Assembly: GCF_032191835.1 (NCBI RefSeq)
Contig: NC_083235.1
Coordinates: 61,814,001 to 61,878,000, forward strand
Length of the DNA: 64,000 nt
Direction of reading: 5' to 3'
Source: Heteronotia binoei
Lineage: Eukaryota
Shown: in pieces, positions 24,971 to 37,200 of the stretch
Layout: each line of letters opens with the position of its first letter
Position numbering within the stretch: the stretch's first letter is position 1
Program-made: the position numbers and the translations under genes
Notes under the pieces: model-generated
What the model was told of the DNA's origin: nothing
Seen by the model: only the letters and a program-made list of their open reading frames with translations
Database searches by the model: none

Positions 24971-25186
24971 AATAAAGTATTTAAAACCTTTTCGGTCTGT
25001 GCTTTCTCGTGAGCTCTGTATGAAGTTTTAGTTCCGCCTGTCGAGAGAGGCGTTCGACAGAGCCAGCTGCCGTGATGTGTGACTGTGGCACTTCGCATGG
25101 GATATGAAAGAAGGAGCCCTTCGGCAAGTTTGGGCTGGGGGAGCAGTTCCCCCCAAACCATTAACAGAACCCCATCTGTGAATAAA
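24971..25186 (+). terminator. Candidate HGS polyadenylation signals
   Basis: AATAAA at 24971-24976 and 25181-25186; the second is followed by a GU/U-rich tract (TTTTTGTGTGTGTGTTT). Confidence 0.6.
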
Positions 25187-25214
25187 CAGCAGGAACATCC
25201 TTTTTGTGTGTGTG

Positions 25215-25220
25215 TTTAAT
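25215..25220 (-). terminator. Candidate polyadenylation signal (ATTAAA) of the METTL26-like gene
   Basis: Minus-strand ATTAAA about 60 nt after the stop codon, followed by a GU-rich GGATGTTCCTGCTGTTT. Confidence 0.5.
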
Positions 25221-25278
25221 TTTTTATATTCTTCCTGTAAATATTGTTATATTTTCTTCTGCTCCTGCTATCCAATAT

Positions 25279-28152
25279 CTAGCCAGATAACTGCCTCCGG
25301 CGAAAGATCAGGCATTTGGTATATTCAGGCATCTCCTCCTGAAGAAGAAAAATAACCTGTTCAGCTGTAGAAGAGGGGATTAGTGCAAGCAAGACAGGGG
25401 GGAAAAGCATCACAGAGACCATCAAGTACAAGGCATGGGGTTCTTTGCCGTTGTAGCGCATCGTTTCTGTGACAGTCTGGGCTGGCTTCTGCCTCTTACC
25501 ATCCGTTCAAGCCATAATGCATTGGTGTTGGCCATCTGACGAAGTTCCTCCACATCTCTCAGCCCCCACTCAGGGTTCCTGCCATTGAAAAAAGTACAGT
25601 GAGCAGAGCTTCCTTCCTTGAATCCAGTCCTTAGGCCTTATTCCTAAGGAGAGGGAAAACCAGACCTGATGGTTGAATAAATTCTCATTTTCTATCACCT
25701 CTGCTGTTATGTTACGAGTCGAATGTTTGGCTTCTAAACAACGAAACATTGCACGTAGTCTTTGCGCTCCCCTCCTGGCTGGTCTCGCTAGGGGTTTGGT
25801 GGTTCTAAAGAGGTAAGATCCAGTCCTTCAGCTCTAATTTACCTGGCTTGAAGCATTTTGTCTAGCTGCACGTTGCATTCTGGTAGGATGATCCCATTGG
25901 TGGCAAAAGGCTGTGGAGTGGAAACAATCAGAATTACGTCGGCTGCTACAGACAGGAGTGACCTGCGGTGTTCTTAGGCCAGTGGTGTAGTATGAAGGCA
26001 CGTCAAGATGAGGGCTAACTAACAGCTTTTGAAAATGGTTAAATTTCTTGACATTTGCAAGTGGAATTCAACTTTTCTGCCTTACTCCATGCTCCGGTGC
26101 CTCTGGGGTACAACCTGACCTGGATAGCCCGGGCAACCCAGATCTCAGAAGCTAAGCAGGGCCAACCCTGGCAAGTGCTTGAAGGGGAGACCTCCTTGGA
26201 ATACCAGGAGCAGAAGGCAGAGGAAGGCTGTATCAAGCCACTTCTCTGAACATCCTCCATGCCCCAGTAAGGGTTGCCAGAAGTTGCCATGACTTACACA
26301 TATGACTACAAGCCCCTCCCCCTGCAATGGCATTAAATGCAACGTGGGGCTCTACAATGATCGAATTAAACTGGACAGACCCATCGCCACTGGGAAGTAC
26401 CTTTTTGTATACAGATATAGACCACCAATTCTAGTCTCTTGGAATAGTGCTGAATCATACTGTTTCCTTGACAGTGGAATAGAAATGGCCTCCCTTGTTT
26501 TTGAGCAAGAAAGCTTGAAGTGATGTCAGTTTTTTAGATCTTTATAGGCACAGAAAATTCTGGATATTAAGTCCCTGAGGTGTTTTACTGGTTTAGTTTG
26601 TTATTGCTACATGCTCCCCCCCTCCTTTAACAACGCATGCAGATTATATACTTCTTGATATATAAATAAACGGTGTAGAAGGATCACTGGAAATAAATAC
26701 ATGGTTCAGAGCGACGGATTCTATTGTAACTGTTGGTAACGGATGTTTTTATAAGAAAGGTTTTCTATACTCACCCCATAGGCCAGGCAAATGCCTCCAG
26801 GTTTCAGTAGTTGTCCTATACCTTTAAACATCCCCTATAACATAAAACACGGAGTCAGAAAAAGCTCTGCCCTGTTCCTCTGATTCTAGGCAATCCACAG
26901 CGTCCCAATTAGTAACCCTGTCGAGAGGGTCAGTTCCCACCATTGTTTCCCACTTCCCCGTCGCACCTCCAGGCCTTGTTCAGTCACGTGTAGTAGATTG
27001 ATGATCACAACAAAGTCACAGCAGCCCTTCCCCAGGCCAGCCCACTCATTCCACGGCTGTAACACATCTATTGTCAGCGGTTCTCGGACATTGGTCACTT
27101 TGGTGGCATGGATGTAAGCACGGATGCTGTAGACAAATGCGAAAGTCATACATTTCTCTAGCATGCTGCTACCAAATGGTTTTTCCCAGTCTCCCAAAAA
27201 GGCTTCAGATACCGTAAGACAATATAATAGGATAGCAAGAATCCCTCCGATAGTGGGTTTTTGTCTTTTTTTTAACTTCCTTGTCCTACATTGACAGGAG
27301 TTGGGACTAGAAACATAAGTTGGTACTTACATTGGTTGGCTGTCTGAAAAAATCCTTATGGCTTGCCCCCAAATTAAAACCGACCATCGGTCCTTATTTC
27401 ACACTGAATGCAATATAGTCAATCTCCCTTTGTTCCTATATCACAAACTGCTGCTAATGGTTTGTATTCTAGTCTGACCCACAACACCCATGTTTTAACA
27501 GTATGCAGAACCGGACTAAATAGTCTTAGCGATACTAGGTATGGAAGCCCAAAGTGCATCTCCCTGAATTGCCCTCTGTGTTATGCTACAAGGAGGGCTC
27601 ATTCCTCTGGACATATAGCAACAGGCACCCCCTTCAACAACATACCACTTCCTTTTGCTTGCCCAAAAGATATGCCAAGTTGGACTCTAGTCATCACAGA
27701 ACAGAATGACCTAGCTGTTTTTCCAAGTCAGAACACCAGTATTTTACACAGTTCTTAATTTTTTTCTTTCTGCTCTGCTACAAACTGAGACCCAAAAGAG
27801 CCACCCCTCTCAGTTGCTACTCACCAGCGAGCTCTGAGACAGAACTAGGTAATAAAGAAAGTGAAGATTTTGTATTTAACACAATTCTATCTCATGGCAA
27901 TAAGGAAAAGGGTGAAAAGAGTCCATCCCTCTTGGCAGCACCAAGCCCCACAATGTACCTCTGTTGAGAAGCTGGACTGATTTCGGAAGGTTGCCAGGTC
28001 ACGCTGGGTAAAGCCTTGGCAAAGTGCACTATGTGCTGACCAGTCCCAGATCCTAGTTCCAGCCCAAAAGCTGAACTTGTTTCATCTACATAGTCAGCCA
28101 GAACCTCCAGGATAGGTTCTTTGTTCCTCTCTGCCACAGGAGAAACCAGCAT
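25279..28152 (-). CDS. METTL26-like (UPF0585/DUF938 family) class I SAM-dependent methyltransferase, 6 coding exons, 206 aa; probable paralog rather than ortholog of mammalian METTL26
   Basis: Exons 28152-27959, 27126-26967, 26834-26775, 25910-25843, 25578-25500, 25338-25279, all GT-AG, 621 nt with no internal stop. Protein: MLVSPVAERNKEPILEVLADYVDETSSAFGLELGSGTGQHIVHFAKALPSVTWQPSEISPASQQSIRAYIHATKVTNVREPLTIDVLQPWNEWAGLGKGCCDFVVIINLLHVTEQGLEGMFKGIGQLLKPGGICLAYGPFATNGIILPECNVQLDKMLQARNPEWGLRDVEELRQMANTNALWLERMEEMPEYTKCLIFRRRQLSG. Motifs AERNKxPIL, ELGSGTGQH, WQPS, YGP, NPEWGLRD and KCLIFR match the recalled METTL26 family. Confidence 0.92.
26113..26300 (+). mobile_element. 5S rRNA-derived SINE in METTL26-like intron 3
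   Basis: GATCTCAGAAGCTAAGCAGGG...GGGAGACC...GGAATACCAGG is 5S-like; tail GGGTTGCCAGAAGTTGCCATGACTT. Confidence 0.72.
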
Positions 28153-29327
28153 CTTGGCAACAGCTGCTGCAGGAGATGGGCCGCCTCCTATTCTGCCTGG
28201 GCTGCCGTCTACTTTCGGATGTCCTCCAGCCCTGCACAAATGGACTAAGCTAGATTTATTAAAGCAAAGGAGATTATGCTGAGATACTCTGGTCTGGAGA
28301 AGGCATGTGCTGTATCCGCAATTCAGACCCTTCCTGCTAACCACATTTATTCTCACGAGAGCATCCTACTATATTCTGATCAGCTGACTGTCGTCTTCCT
28401 ACTTCTGATGTAATAGGGTCATATACAAAAACTCATACCACAATAAAAGTTGTTGTTGGCCTTTAAATGCCACCTCAACTTTTTAAAATTCAATTTTCTG
28501 ATGTCTTTGGAATCTTGGCTGGGATTTCCCTAAAATGAAAAGACTCTGCAAATTCATAATTCTGTAATTATTTAATGTTGGGACTGGTATGGTATAGTGT
28601 ATGTCTCCACTGTCTATTGAAGAACAAGTGAAGGAAATTAGTAGGTTAAAAAAAAATCCCATTTTCTTTTGTCGCGAACTATCGCATTAAACATTTGAGC
28701 ACTTTCTGACTTGTTACAGTTGGAATCAATGAGCCGTGCCAATTAACAGGGAAAATTGAAAATGGCAACATTTTAAATGTATCCAAATTAAACCTAAAGA
28801 ATGTTATGTATTAGTGGTGCCATTGTATGCATTTTAGAATTGATACTTGACCTTAATAATTCAATCAGAAGAATGTATGCTAGGACTAAAAGATCAGGTT
28901 AATGTAATTACTTGCTTTATGGCTGTGCCATGTTGGTGTACCACACGGCACAACAAAGTCTGGCATATTATCGTATCGTTGATGAAGTCTGCAGGTGCTC
29001 ACTAAGGTCTCTGGTAAAGTGGGGCTAATCTCAGATATTCAACATTCCACAGAAGCTTTGTTGGGTTCCTGTGTGGTGTTTAAACTGCATCTCCCTCCCC
29101 ATTTATTTCTTATTAGCAGCTAATGCAGACCAAGCACAAGGTGATCCAAGCTTCTGGTTGTGGACCTAGTGGAAGAAATCCTTTGTTAAGGAGAAGGCAG
29201 ATCAGATCAGCCTATAAACAGAGCACTAGAAAGCTATTTCTGTCATCGGGCCGGATTAGACTGTAGCTAAAAAGGGCATCACTTATGTGCTCTGTACAGA
29301 TGCTAGCTTGCTCACAGTGCTAAACAC

Positions 29328-29837
29328 TAGGGTTGCCAATCCCCAGGTGGGGGCAGGGGATCCCCCAGTTTGGACACCCTCCCCTCCGCTTCAGGGTTGT
29401 CAGAGAACGGGGGGGGGGGGGAGGGAAATGTCTGCTGGGAACTCTGTTATTCCCTATGGAGATTTATTCCCATATAAAATCATGAATTGATCCGTGGGTA
29501 TCTGGGGCTCTGGAGGGGCTGTTTTTTGGGGTAGAGGGACCAAATTTTCAGTATAGCATCTAGTACCTCTCCCCAAAACACTCCCCAAGTTTAAAAAAGC
29601 TTGGACCAGGGGGTCCAATTCTATGAGCCCCAAAAGAAGGTGTCCCTTTCCCTCATTATTTCCTATGGAAGGAAGGAATTGAAAAGGTGTGCGGTCCCTT
29701 TAAATGTGATGGCCAGAACTCCCTTTGGAGCTCAGTTATGCTTGTCACAGCCTTGATCTTCTGGCTCCACCCCCAAAGTCTCCTTGCTCCACCCCCAAAG
29801 TCCCCAGGTATTTCTTGAATTGGACTTGGCAACCCTA
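29328..29837. mobile_element. hAT MITE family A
   Basis: Perfect 12-bp TIR TAGGGTTGCCAA; TSD CTAAACAC on both sides. Confidence 0.95.
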
Positions 29838-30934
29838 CTAAACACATCAAACATCAATAATCATAAAGGTCACCACTAACCTTGAACATGGACAAAAAAT
29901 CCTTTCAGAAAAATTTAATGTGGTTTCATTTCCTGAGAGTTTGCTAGGTGGCAACAGTAAGGCTGCGATCACACACACTAAAGAATGCACTTTCCAACTG
30001 GATTTTGCCAGTTCACACAGTAAAACCCAGCTGGAAAGTGCACTGAAAGTGGATTGAATTATTTGTGTGATTGCAGCCTTCTGAGGTGTAACAAATAATT
30101 TCCATGCACATTCAGTGTACTTTGAAGCACTGTTTTCAGGGCAACAAAACCACCTACACCACACTTACAGCGTCTTCATTTCAGATGCAGTCCAATCCTG
30201 TGAATGTTTTAAAAGCTATTTGACTCAAAAATTAGCCCCACTGAATCCCAAGAGATTTGTTCCCAAATAAATGGTCATAGGATTGCAGCTCCCGAGGACA
30301 TTAAAAAATCTTACAAGTTGATGCATTTTCCTCTTATGCCTGGATGGTTTCACGACTAGGGAACTCTGCTGAGCAGGATTTCAACATAAAACTAAATAAA
30401 GCAGGAGTATTTTGTTTCAGCAAAAGCTTCCATGGCTCAGGGCTCACTTCATCAGATGTTTACACTAGGATAAATGTAAGTCTTTAAGGCACCACCAGAC
30501 AACTGTTTTATATTGCTGCTACAGACAAGTACTACTCTTGTGGAATTCACATGCAGGTACATAACCCAGCAGACAACCCATGAAGAGCTCAGTATGTTTC
30601 AAGAATACATGCAGATTTTCTCCACTCTGTAAGATTCATGTACTTTCTTCTCACAAAACACAACCATCCTATCAACCCAACCCTTGTCTATTTCCCATTA
30701 CTAACATTATTTCTCTTGTTGCGAACCCCAGTGCCAGCTGCTCAGGCAACAAGTTATTTAGTTATTTGGTTAGTGCCAGCGATTAAACCATAGAGCCAGG
30801 GGAACTGGCTGGGAATGAACCCAACTGAATAGTTCTGAGTAGACCAGAGTTTATTCTAAAATCCCCCCCATTGCACAAGAAGACAGTGCTAGCATAAAAT
30901 CTGCAATCCTGTGAGCGCTGGCTAATTAAAAAAA

Positions 30935-31660
30935 ACTGGCTAATTACTAGGAAACAGAGAGTGAGCATAAATGGGCAATTTTCTCAGTGGAGGATGGTAA
31001 GCAGTGGGGTCCATACTGGGTCTGATGCTTTTTAACTTGTTCATTAATAATTTGGAGTTGGGAGTAAGGAATGAAGTGGCTAAGTTTGCGGATGACACTA
31101 AATTGTTCAGGGTGGTGAGCAGTGTTCCATCTAAGCCATGGAGTCTTGTGAGTAAAAATTCTTCTTTGTAAGCTGCTGGCATTAAAGTTGTGTGCTACTG
31201 CATAAATTAATTTTCTCTAGGGCTATTTTTCCTGAGCAAAGACAAAAATGTGTGAGCCGGAGACCAAAAATCTGTGAGCTAGGTCATGCTAACTCAGCTT
31301 AGAGGGAACACTGGTGGTGAGAACCAGAGGGGATTGTGAGGCACTCCAAAGGGATCTGTCGAGGCTGGGTGAGTTGGCATCAACATGGCAAATAAGGTTC
31401 AACCTGGCCAAGTGCAAAGTAATGCACATCAGGCCAAAAATCTTAACTATAAATACAAGTTGATGGGGTATGAACTGGCAGAGACTGACCAAGAGAGAGA
31501 TCTTGGGGTCATGGTTGATAACTCACTGAAAATGTCGAGACAGTGTGCGATTGCAATAAAAAAGGCCAACGCCATGCTGGGAATTATTAGGAAGGGAACT
31601 GAAAACAAATCAGCCAGTATCGTAATGTCCCTGTACAAATGATGGTGTGGTCTCATTCGG
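30935..31660 (+). mobile_element. Degenerate CR1 RT fragment, interrupted by MITE C
   Basis: RKQRVSINGQFSQW, KFADDTKLFRVV and ERDLGVMVDNSLKMSRQCAIAIKKANAMLGII remnants. Confidence 0.88.
31120..31313. mobile_element. hAT MITE family C (194 bp) nested in a CR1 RT fragment
   Basis: TIR CAGTGTTCCATCTAAG / CTTAGAGGGAACACTG; TSD GTGGTGAG. Confidence 0.9.
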
Positions 31661-32881
31661 AATATGAAGCTCACTGATGAAGCTCACAAGACGTCGCATT
31701 TGATCAGTTTTCTTGCAGCTGAGTTTCGTAAGTGCTTATATTGACTGACTCATCAGTACAAGTGTCACAGTGATGTCCATAAACAGTAACAGTCTTTGTT
31801 GAGTCAGTAAATTAATACCTCTATTTCTATCATAATATGCTGTCACTGAGTAAATGGGATCCAAGGGTATCAAAGCTTCTATGGATAAGTAGACAAGAGC
31901 ACAAAATGAAAGATATGAAGCAAAAGGGCTGGTGTGGTTTAAAGGAATTTTCTAAGAGGATGGCACGCAACATTGCTCATCTCACCAAGTCCCAGGAGGT
32001 GATAATCCAATTCATCATGAAAGAAAGGAAATTTTGACATGGCATAATGAGGGGGGTTTCTTTGCTGCATTTGTATTGCTATGTAACTCTAGCATGTATA
32101 AATTACTTTTGACTAGAGTCAAGTAGTTGATCCCAATTATGTACCATTATTATGGTACGTAATAGTTGATCCCAATTATGTACCATTAAGAAGTTAAGTA
32201 AAGTTATGACTGAATTTTCTATTTCTTTATCTTTGTTCTCTCCACCTGTTTTATAATCTTGTTCCTTTTTAAAGCTCATATTGCCAACTGAACAAAAAAT
32301 GATTTCCTACTGCACATTTTTTTTTTCGTATTGCTCATAATGTGTCCTCCTGTATGTTAGAATGGTTAAGATTGCTCTCTAGAGCATCATCCAGTTTGCC
32401 ATTTGATTTAGAATCTTAAATTTCACGCTTTCTGAAATGCCGTGCATCTACATGAGACAGCGGAGCACGAGGCGTCTACATTCAGCGCAGCGCTACCTTT
32501 GGGTTTGGAGCGAAAACTGAGGCGGCGATGGGAACGAAGGTTTAACTAATCTGGCATCCTGCGTACTTTCGAAAAGGCAAAACAGCTACCAGTAGGAAAC
32601 GATCAGAAACGCAACTTCCATTGTCAAAGCACAGTTTTGACTGTCGTACAGAAGGACAGCTTCGAAGTATCAGATGCTTATAAATTATAATTAAGCTATA
32701 ATATTCTATAATACAGTACTGCTTTGTAGGGTTGTCATAGACTAACTCCGCATCAAGCCACTCTCCCCTTCGGTGCTTTGGGAATAATTCCAGACTGCAG
32801 TTAGGTTGTATGCCACTTTCAGCCCCGCCACCCATACACAAGACCCCCGCAGTATAGGGATGGTAACAGAGCTTATGTGTC

Positions 32882-33377
32882 TAGGCTTCCCAATCCCCAG
32901 GTCCCAGCGGGGGATCCCCTGGTTTTACAGACTTCCCCCCTCCCCCAGCCAGCTGGCTGGTGGGGGAAGCCCCCTCCCCCACAGCCATCATGCACCTCCA
33001 TGAACGATTCCCATAGAGAATGATGGGGAATTGATCCATGGGCATCGGGGGCTCTGGAGGGGGGCTGTTTTTTGAGGTAGAGGTGCCAAATTTTCAGTAT
33101 AGCATCTAGTACCTCTCCCCAAAATACCTTCCAAGTTTCAAAAGGATTGGACCAGGGGGTCCAATTCTATGAGCCCCAAAAGAAGGTGCCCCTATCCATT
33201 ATTTCCTATGGAAGGAAGGCATTTAAAAAGGTGTGCTGTCCCTTTAAATGTGATGGCCAGAACTCCCTTGGAGTTCAATTATGCTTGTTACACCCTTGTT
33301 CCTGGCTCCGCCCCAATGTCTCCTGGCTCCACCCCCAAAGTCCCCAGATATTTCTTGATTTGGACTTGGCAACCCTA
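32882..33377. mobile_element. hAT MITE family A upstream of MRPL12
   Basis: TAGGCTTCCCAA...TTGGCAACCCTA; TSD TATGTGTC/TATGTGTG (7 of 8). Confidence 0.93.
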
Positions 33378-33539
33378 TATGTGTGTATTTTTAAATCGAA
33401 TAAAAGCCACATATTTTGCTGAGAAATAAGAGCAGAGAGCGCAGACTTCTGCCATTGTTTCTGGCTACTGAGGGAACAAAAGACAATCAATTCTATATTT
33501 AAGTACTGCATTCCTCCCCTCCCGCATAAACAATTGCCA

Positions 33540-34230
33540 CTCTCAACCCCGGAAGTATGCAAAAGTACAGCACCAAAAGCAACCTAGAAAAAAAAAATAA
33601 TCACATCCAAACAATGGCCATGTCGGTCTAGGACTTGGAAATTTAAATCTATGGATTCAGCCCTCGGTCAAACCCACCGCCGCAAAGTTCCAAGGCTCGA
33701 GACGTCACGTCCGTCAAGACCGGCGCCGCGACGGTTATCGGCGGTGATTGGACGGCTTCGAGAAACCACCGAGATGCTACGGCTAGAGCGCTCTCTTGGC
33801 GCCCGCGGCGGCTCGCATGCTTGAGAGAGACTGGAGGCCGCCGGTGTCTCCTTCGTGCCGCCTCTTGCAGCTCCCGCCATGGCCATGTTGCCCACGGGGC
33901 GGCTAGGGATTGCAATCCGCCTTCTCCTGCGGTATGAGGAGCGGGAGGGAAGGGGGGACGTTGCGGGGCGCAAAGACCCAAAGGAGGGCTAGAGGTCACC
34001 CTGGTTGGGGATCCTCTCGTGAGCCATAGGCCGAGCGAAATCCCCACAACCCGTGCAGTGTTATCGCAGGAGCGCCCATCTCCGCGGTGGTTTGGGCGGT
34101 AGCATCCTATGGAAGAGCAGTGGTTTGGCCAAGCTCCAGGACAGCGTACTGTGCTTGACTTCGGGAAATCCCTGCGGGCTGAGGAATTGTCGCTGAGATG
34201 CTCGAGGCGATGCTTGCCTTTTCTGAGGCA
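33540..34230. promoter_or_regulatory. CpG-island promoter of MRPL12
   Basis: CpG-dense around exon 1; CCGGAAGT 33549-33556, CRE-like ACGTCACGT near 33702, ATTGG near 33746. Confidence 0.8.
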
Positions 34231-37200
34231 CGCGTGGCCTTCTGATTTGCTTTTAGTAAAAAAGCACCTCTGCGTATTGTTTTAGTATTCGAAAAATTTG
34301 TATGTATGGCTAGCTCTTATATTTCAAAGTGGGAGGTAGTTGTGGAAAGGTAGGTGCATGGTTAGCGCCACCTACTAATTTCATGGCTAAAGTGACCTTT
34401 CCGTTGGAAACTTCCTGGTCATGCCTCACAAATGCTGTTTCAGGAATTAGCAGAGGAGTGAATGTAGTCTACTGGTTAGCCAATGAGCAGTTTCTGATGG
34501 ACTACCTAAGCCCTTCTGTTTGTTGGGGGTGGTGTAAAAAAAAGGCAGTGTTGCACATTTTAAAATTTAATTTATACCGTGCTTTTTTCTACAATGAGGA
34601 CCCAAAATGGCTTACAACATTCTTCCTTTCTCCATTCTGATCCAACAGCTCTGCGGGGTAGATTAGTCTGAGTGTATAACTGGCCCAAGATCACTGAGCA
34701 AGTTTCCACAAGAGAGTGTGGATTTGACTGTTATTGTCCTAGTCTCTCTAACCCAGGGGTGCCAAGCGTGCAGCCCAAGGGCCAAATCGGCCCCTGGAGG
34801 GCTCTTATCAGGCCTGCGAGCAACTCACTGGCATCTGCTTTCTCTCTCGCTTTTTTCTGCATCACTGCTCGCTATGCCAGGCTTGCCCAATCACACAGGA
34901 GCTACACAGCAACGTCTCTGTTTTCTCCATTGGCTGACCAGCACATGAAGCGACACGTACAAAAGCTTGCAATATCCAGCCATTTCATGTTTTCCCCTGG
35001 GTCTTCGGCTCAAAGCATTGACCATGAGATTTCTGTAATGAATGTCAGTAAATCAAAAGTAGGTTTGCAACTTACAGATATACACCTGAGCAACACCTGA
35101 ATAGGATACTCAAGATTGCTGCAGCGCAGACGTTGCTAGATTTTGATGCAGTAATTCAGAACTAAATAAACAAAATAAACAAAATATTGCAAAAGTGCTA
35201 ATCTTTTAAGCATGTTTTATTTTTAAGGGTTTTTTTTTTAAAAAAACCCTTTAATTGTGTTTGTCTGTGTCCTCTATAATGTTTACATCTCCGCTACCTG
35301 GCATTACAATCTATGACACACATGGCCCGGCCCAACAAGGTCTCATTTATGTCAGATCCGGCCCTCATAACAAATGAGTTCAACACCCCCTGCTCTAACC
35401 GTTGGACCTGACTGGTTCTGCTAGAATTTGCTCTGATCCAGGGTACTTCTTTGCTCTTAAATTTATGTTATTTTATTTATATCCCATCCTCCCCACCGAA
35501 GCAGGCTCAGGGCGGCTTACAGCATAAAAGCACTACAGTTAAAACAATACATATTGCTGGACTATCCTAAGGAGTGTGTGCTTATGTTCAGCTTACACGG
35601 TCATTGTACCTACCATTGAGAGATCTCAACTGTCTACTTTTGCTTTGCATTTTTAAAATGTATAGGTGGAGGTGGAGTACAGTAAAAAAAAAAAGCACTT
35701 AATGCAATGCATGAATGAAGTCATTCCTCCTCTCTTTGTCATCACATTCTCATTCTTTACTTCCTTTTGTGACCAGGACAACATATATGATTCTATCCCC
35801 CATTTGGCTACCCCCTAACACTTCATTGAGTGTTTATCCCAGTGTGTATCTACTAGCGTGAAGCAAATCCCTATCTGCCTCATGCTAGGATAGTTTCTAG
35901 CCATCTAAAAATGCCTTCTAGTTCTATGTGGGTAATTTGTCAAACTGGATGTTAAAACTGCAGCCTTACCTCTCTTGGGAGTTGAATCCCCTGCTCCTTC
36001 GATAACATTTGCTGTTACTTATGTTGTCCAAAGGTGAGAGGCCTGTCCTGGTTCAGTGTTTCCCCTTAAGGCAGTAGTCTATGGCCATCTGAACTTGTAT
36101 GTATTTGCTGCACAAATATTTTTGTCTTGGGATGTGTAATGCTCCATTTTTCCCCGTTTGTGTAGGCAGCATCAACCACGAGCCTGTGCTGTAAGGATGC
36201 TGAAGACTACATGCTCCTGGCAAAGTGGAGCCTTGGCCAACCCTCCTCTGGACAATGCTCCCAAAGAATACTCACCCAAGATTCATCAGCTAGTTCAGGA
36301 TATTGCTAGCTTGACGCTGCTGGAGATCTCTGACCTCAATGAGCTGTTGAAGGTACAGTATTTGCGCACTGAGCAGAGTAGCTTCCTTACCAAGGAAAGA
36401 CAATATACATAGAGAGCAGAGGCAGGAAGGGCACAGTTCACACTATTGATTTGTAAGAAGGGGGGGGGGGTATATAGGTGGGGGGTGGGGGGTGGGGTGC
36501 AGTGGCTTTCCCGGCTTCTTGGGTATAAGGAACACATGAAGAATGGTCTGTTCATATTTCCTATGCCTTCTTTTTCAGAAAACCTTGAAGATACAAGATA
36601 TGGGACTCATGCCAATGGCAGGGATGATGCCATCAGCGCAACCTGCAGCTCCGGTAAGGGACCAGCCTTGTAACTTGCCATTCCCTTGGGCTGAATAGCA
36701 ATTACCTCAGGCCAGTAACTTGCATTTAATCCACCAAAGGAACATGCCAGAAGTGTATTTGGCTTGAAATTTGCCTGCATACCCCACAGCACTGTATTGT
36801 ATAAACACAGTGCTATGACAACTGCTCATTGACCCTACAGGAGGAAGCAGCAGAGCCAAAGATGCTCATTGTTTCCTAGTGATTAACACAGACAGTAGCA
36901 AGTGAGTTTTTTTATGGGAGAAGTGGAGCTAAAGTGATGGCAGTGTTAGGGACAGATGATTCTCCCTCCACCCTCAAGCTAACATGATGGCCCAGAAAAA
37001 ATCATGGTGGAAAAAACACGTTTTTTCCTCTTGTGAGGCCTTTTATTCAGTTTTTCCAATGGAAAATGGGGAACTTCTGGACAGCACTGCCAACACCCTT
37101 CTGTTAAATATTTTCTCTTTTAGATTAAACAAAATGCTTCTTAAGGCAAGGTTTTTTACACTAATAATGTATAGCTTGAAAAAGCCTAAAGACTCTATCA

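Noticed and set aside
28153-28356. 68-aa N-terminal extension of the METTL26-like ORF
   Set aside because: The ORF-track start is not an ATG, the extension has no family similarity, and the ATG at 28152 aligns with the family start. The region looks like 5' UTR plus intron with acceptors.
33649-34047. Minus-strand ORFs of 132 and 101 aa across the MRPL12 promoter
   Set aside because: Stop-poor GC-rich island sequence antisense to exon 1, with no recognisable domain.
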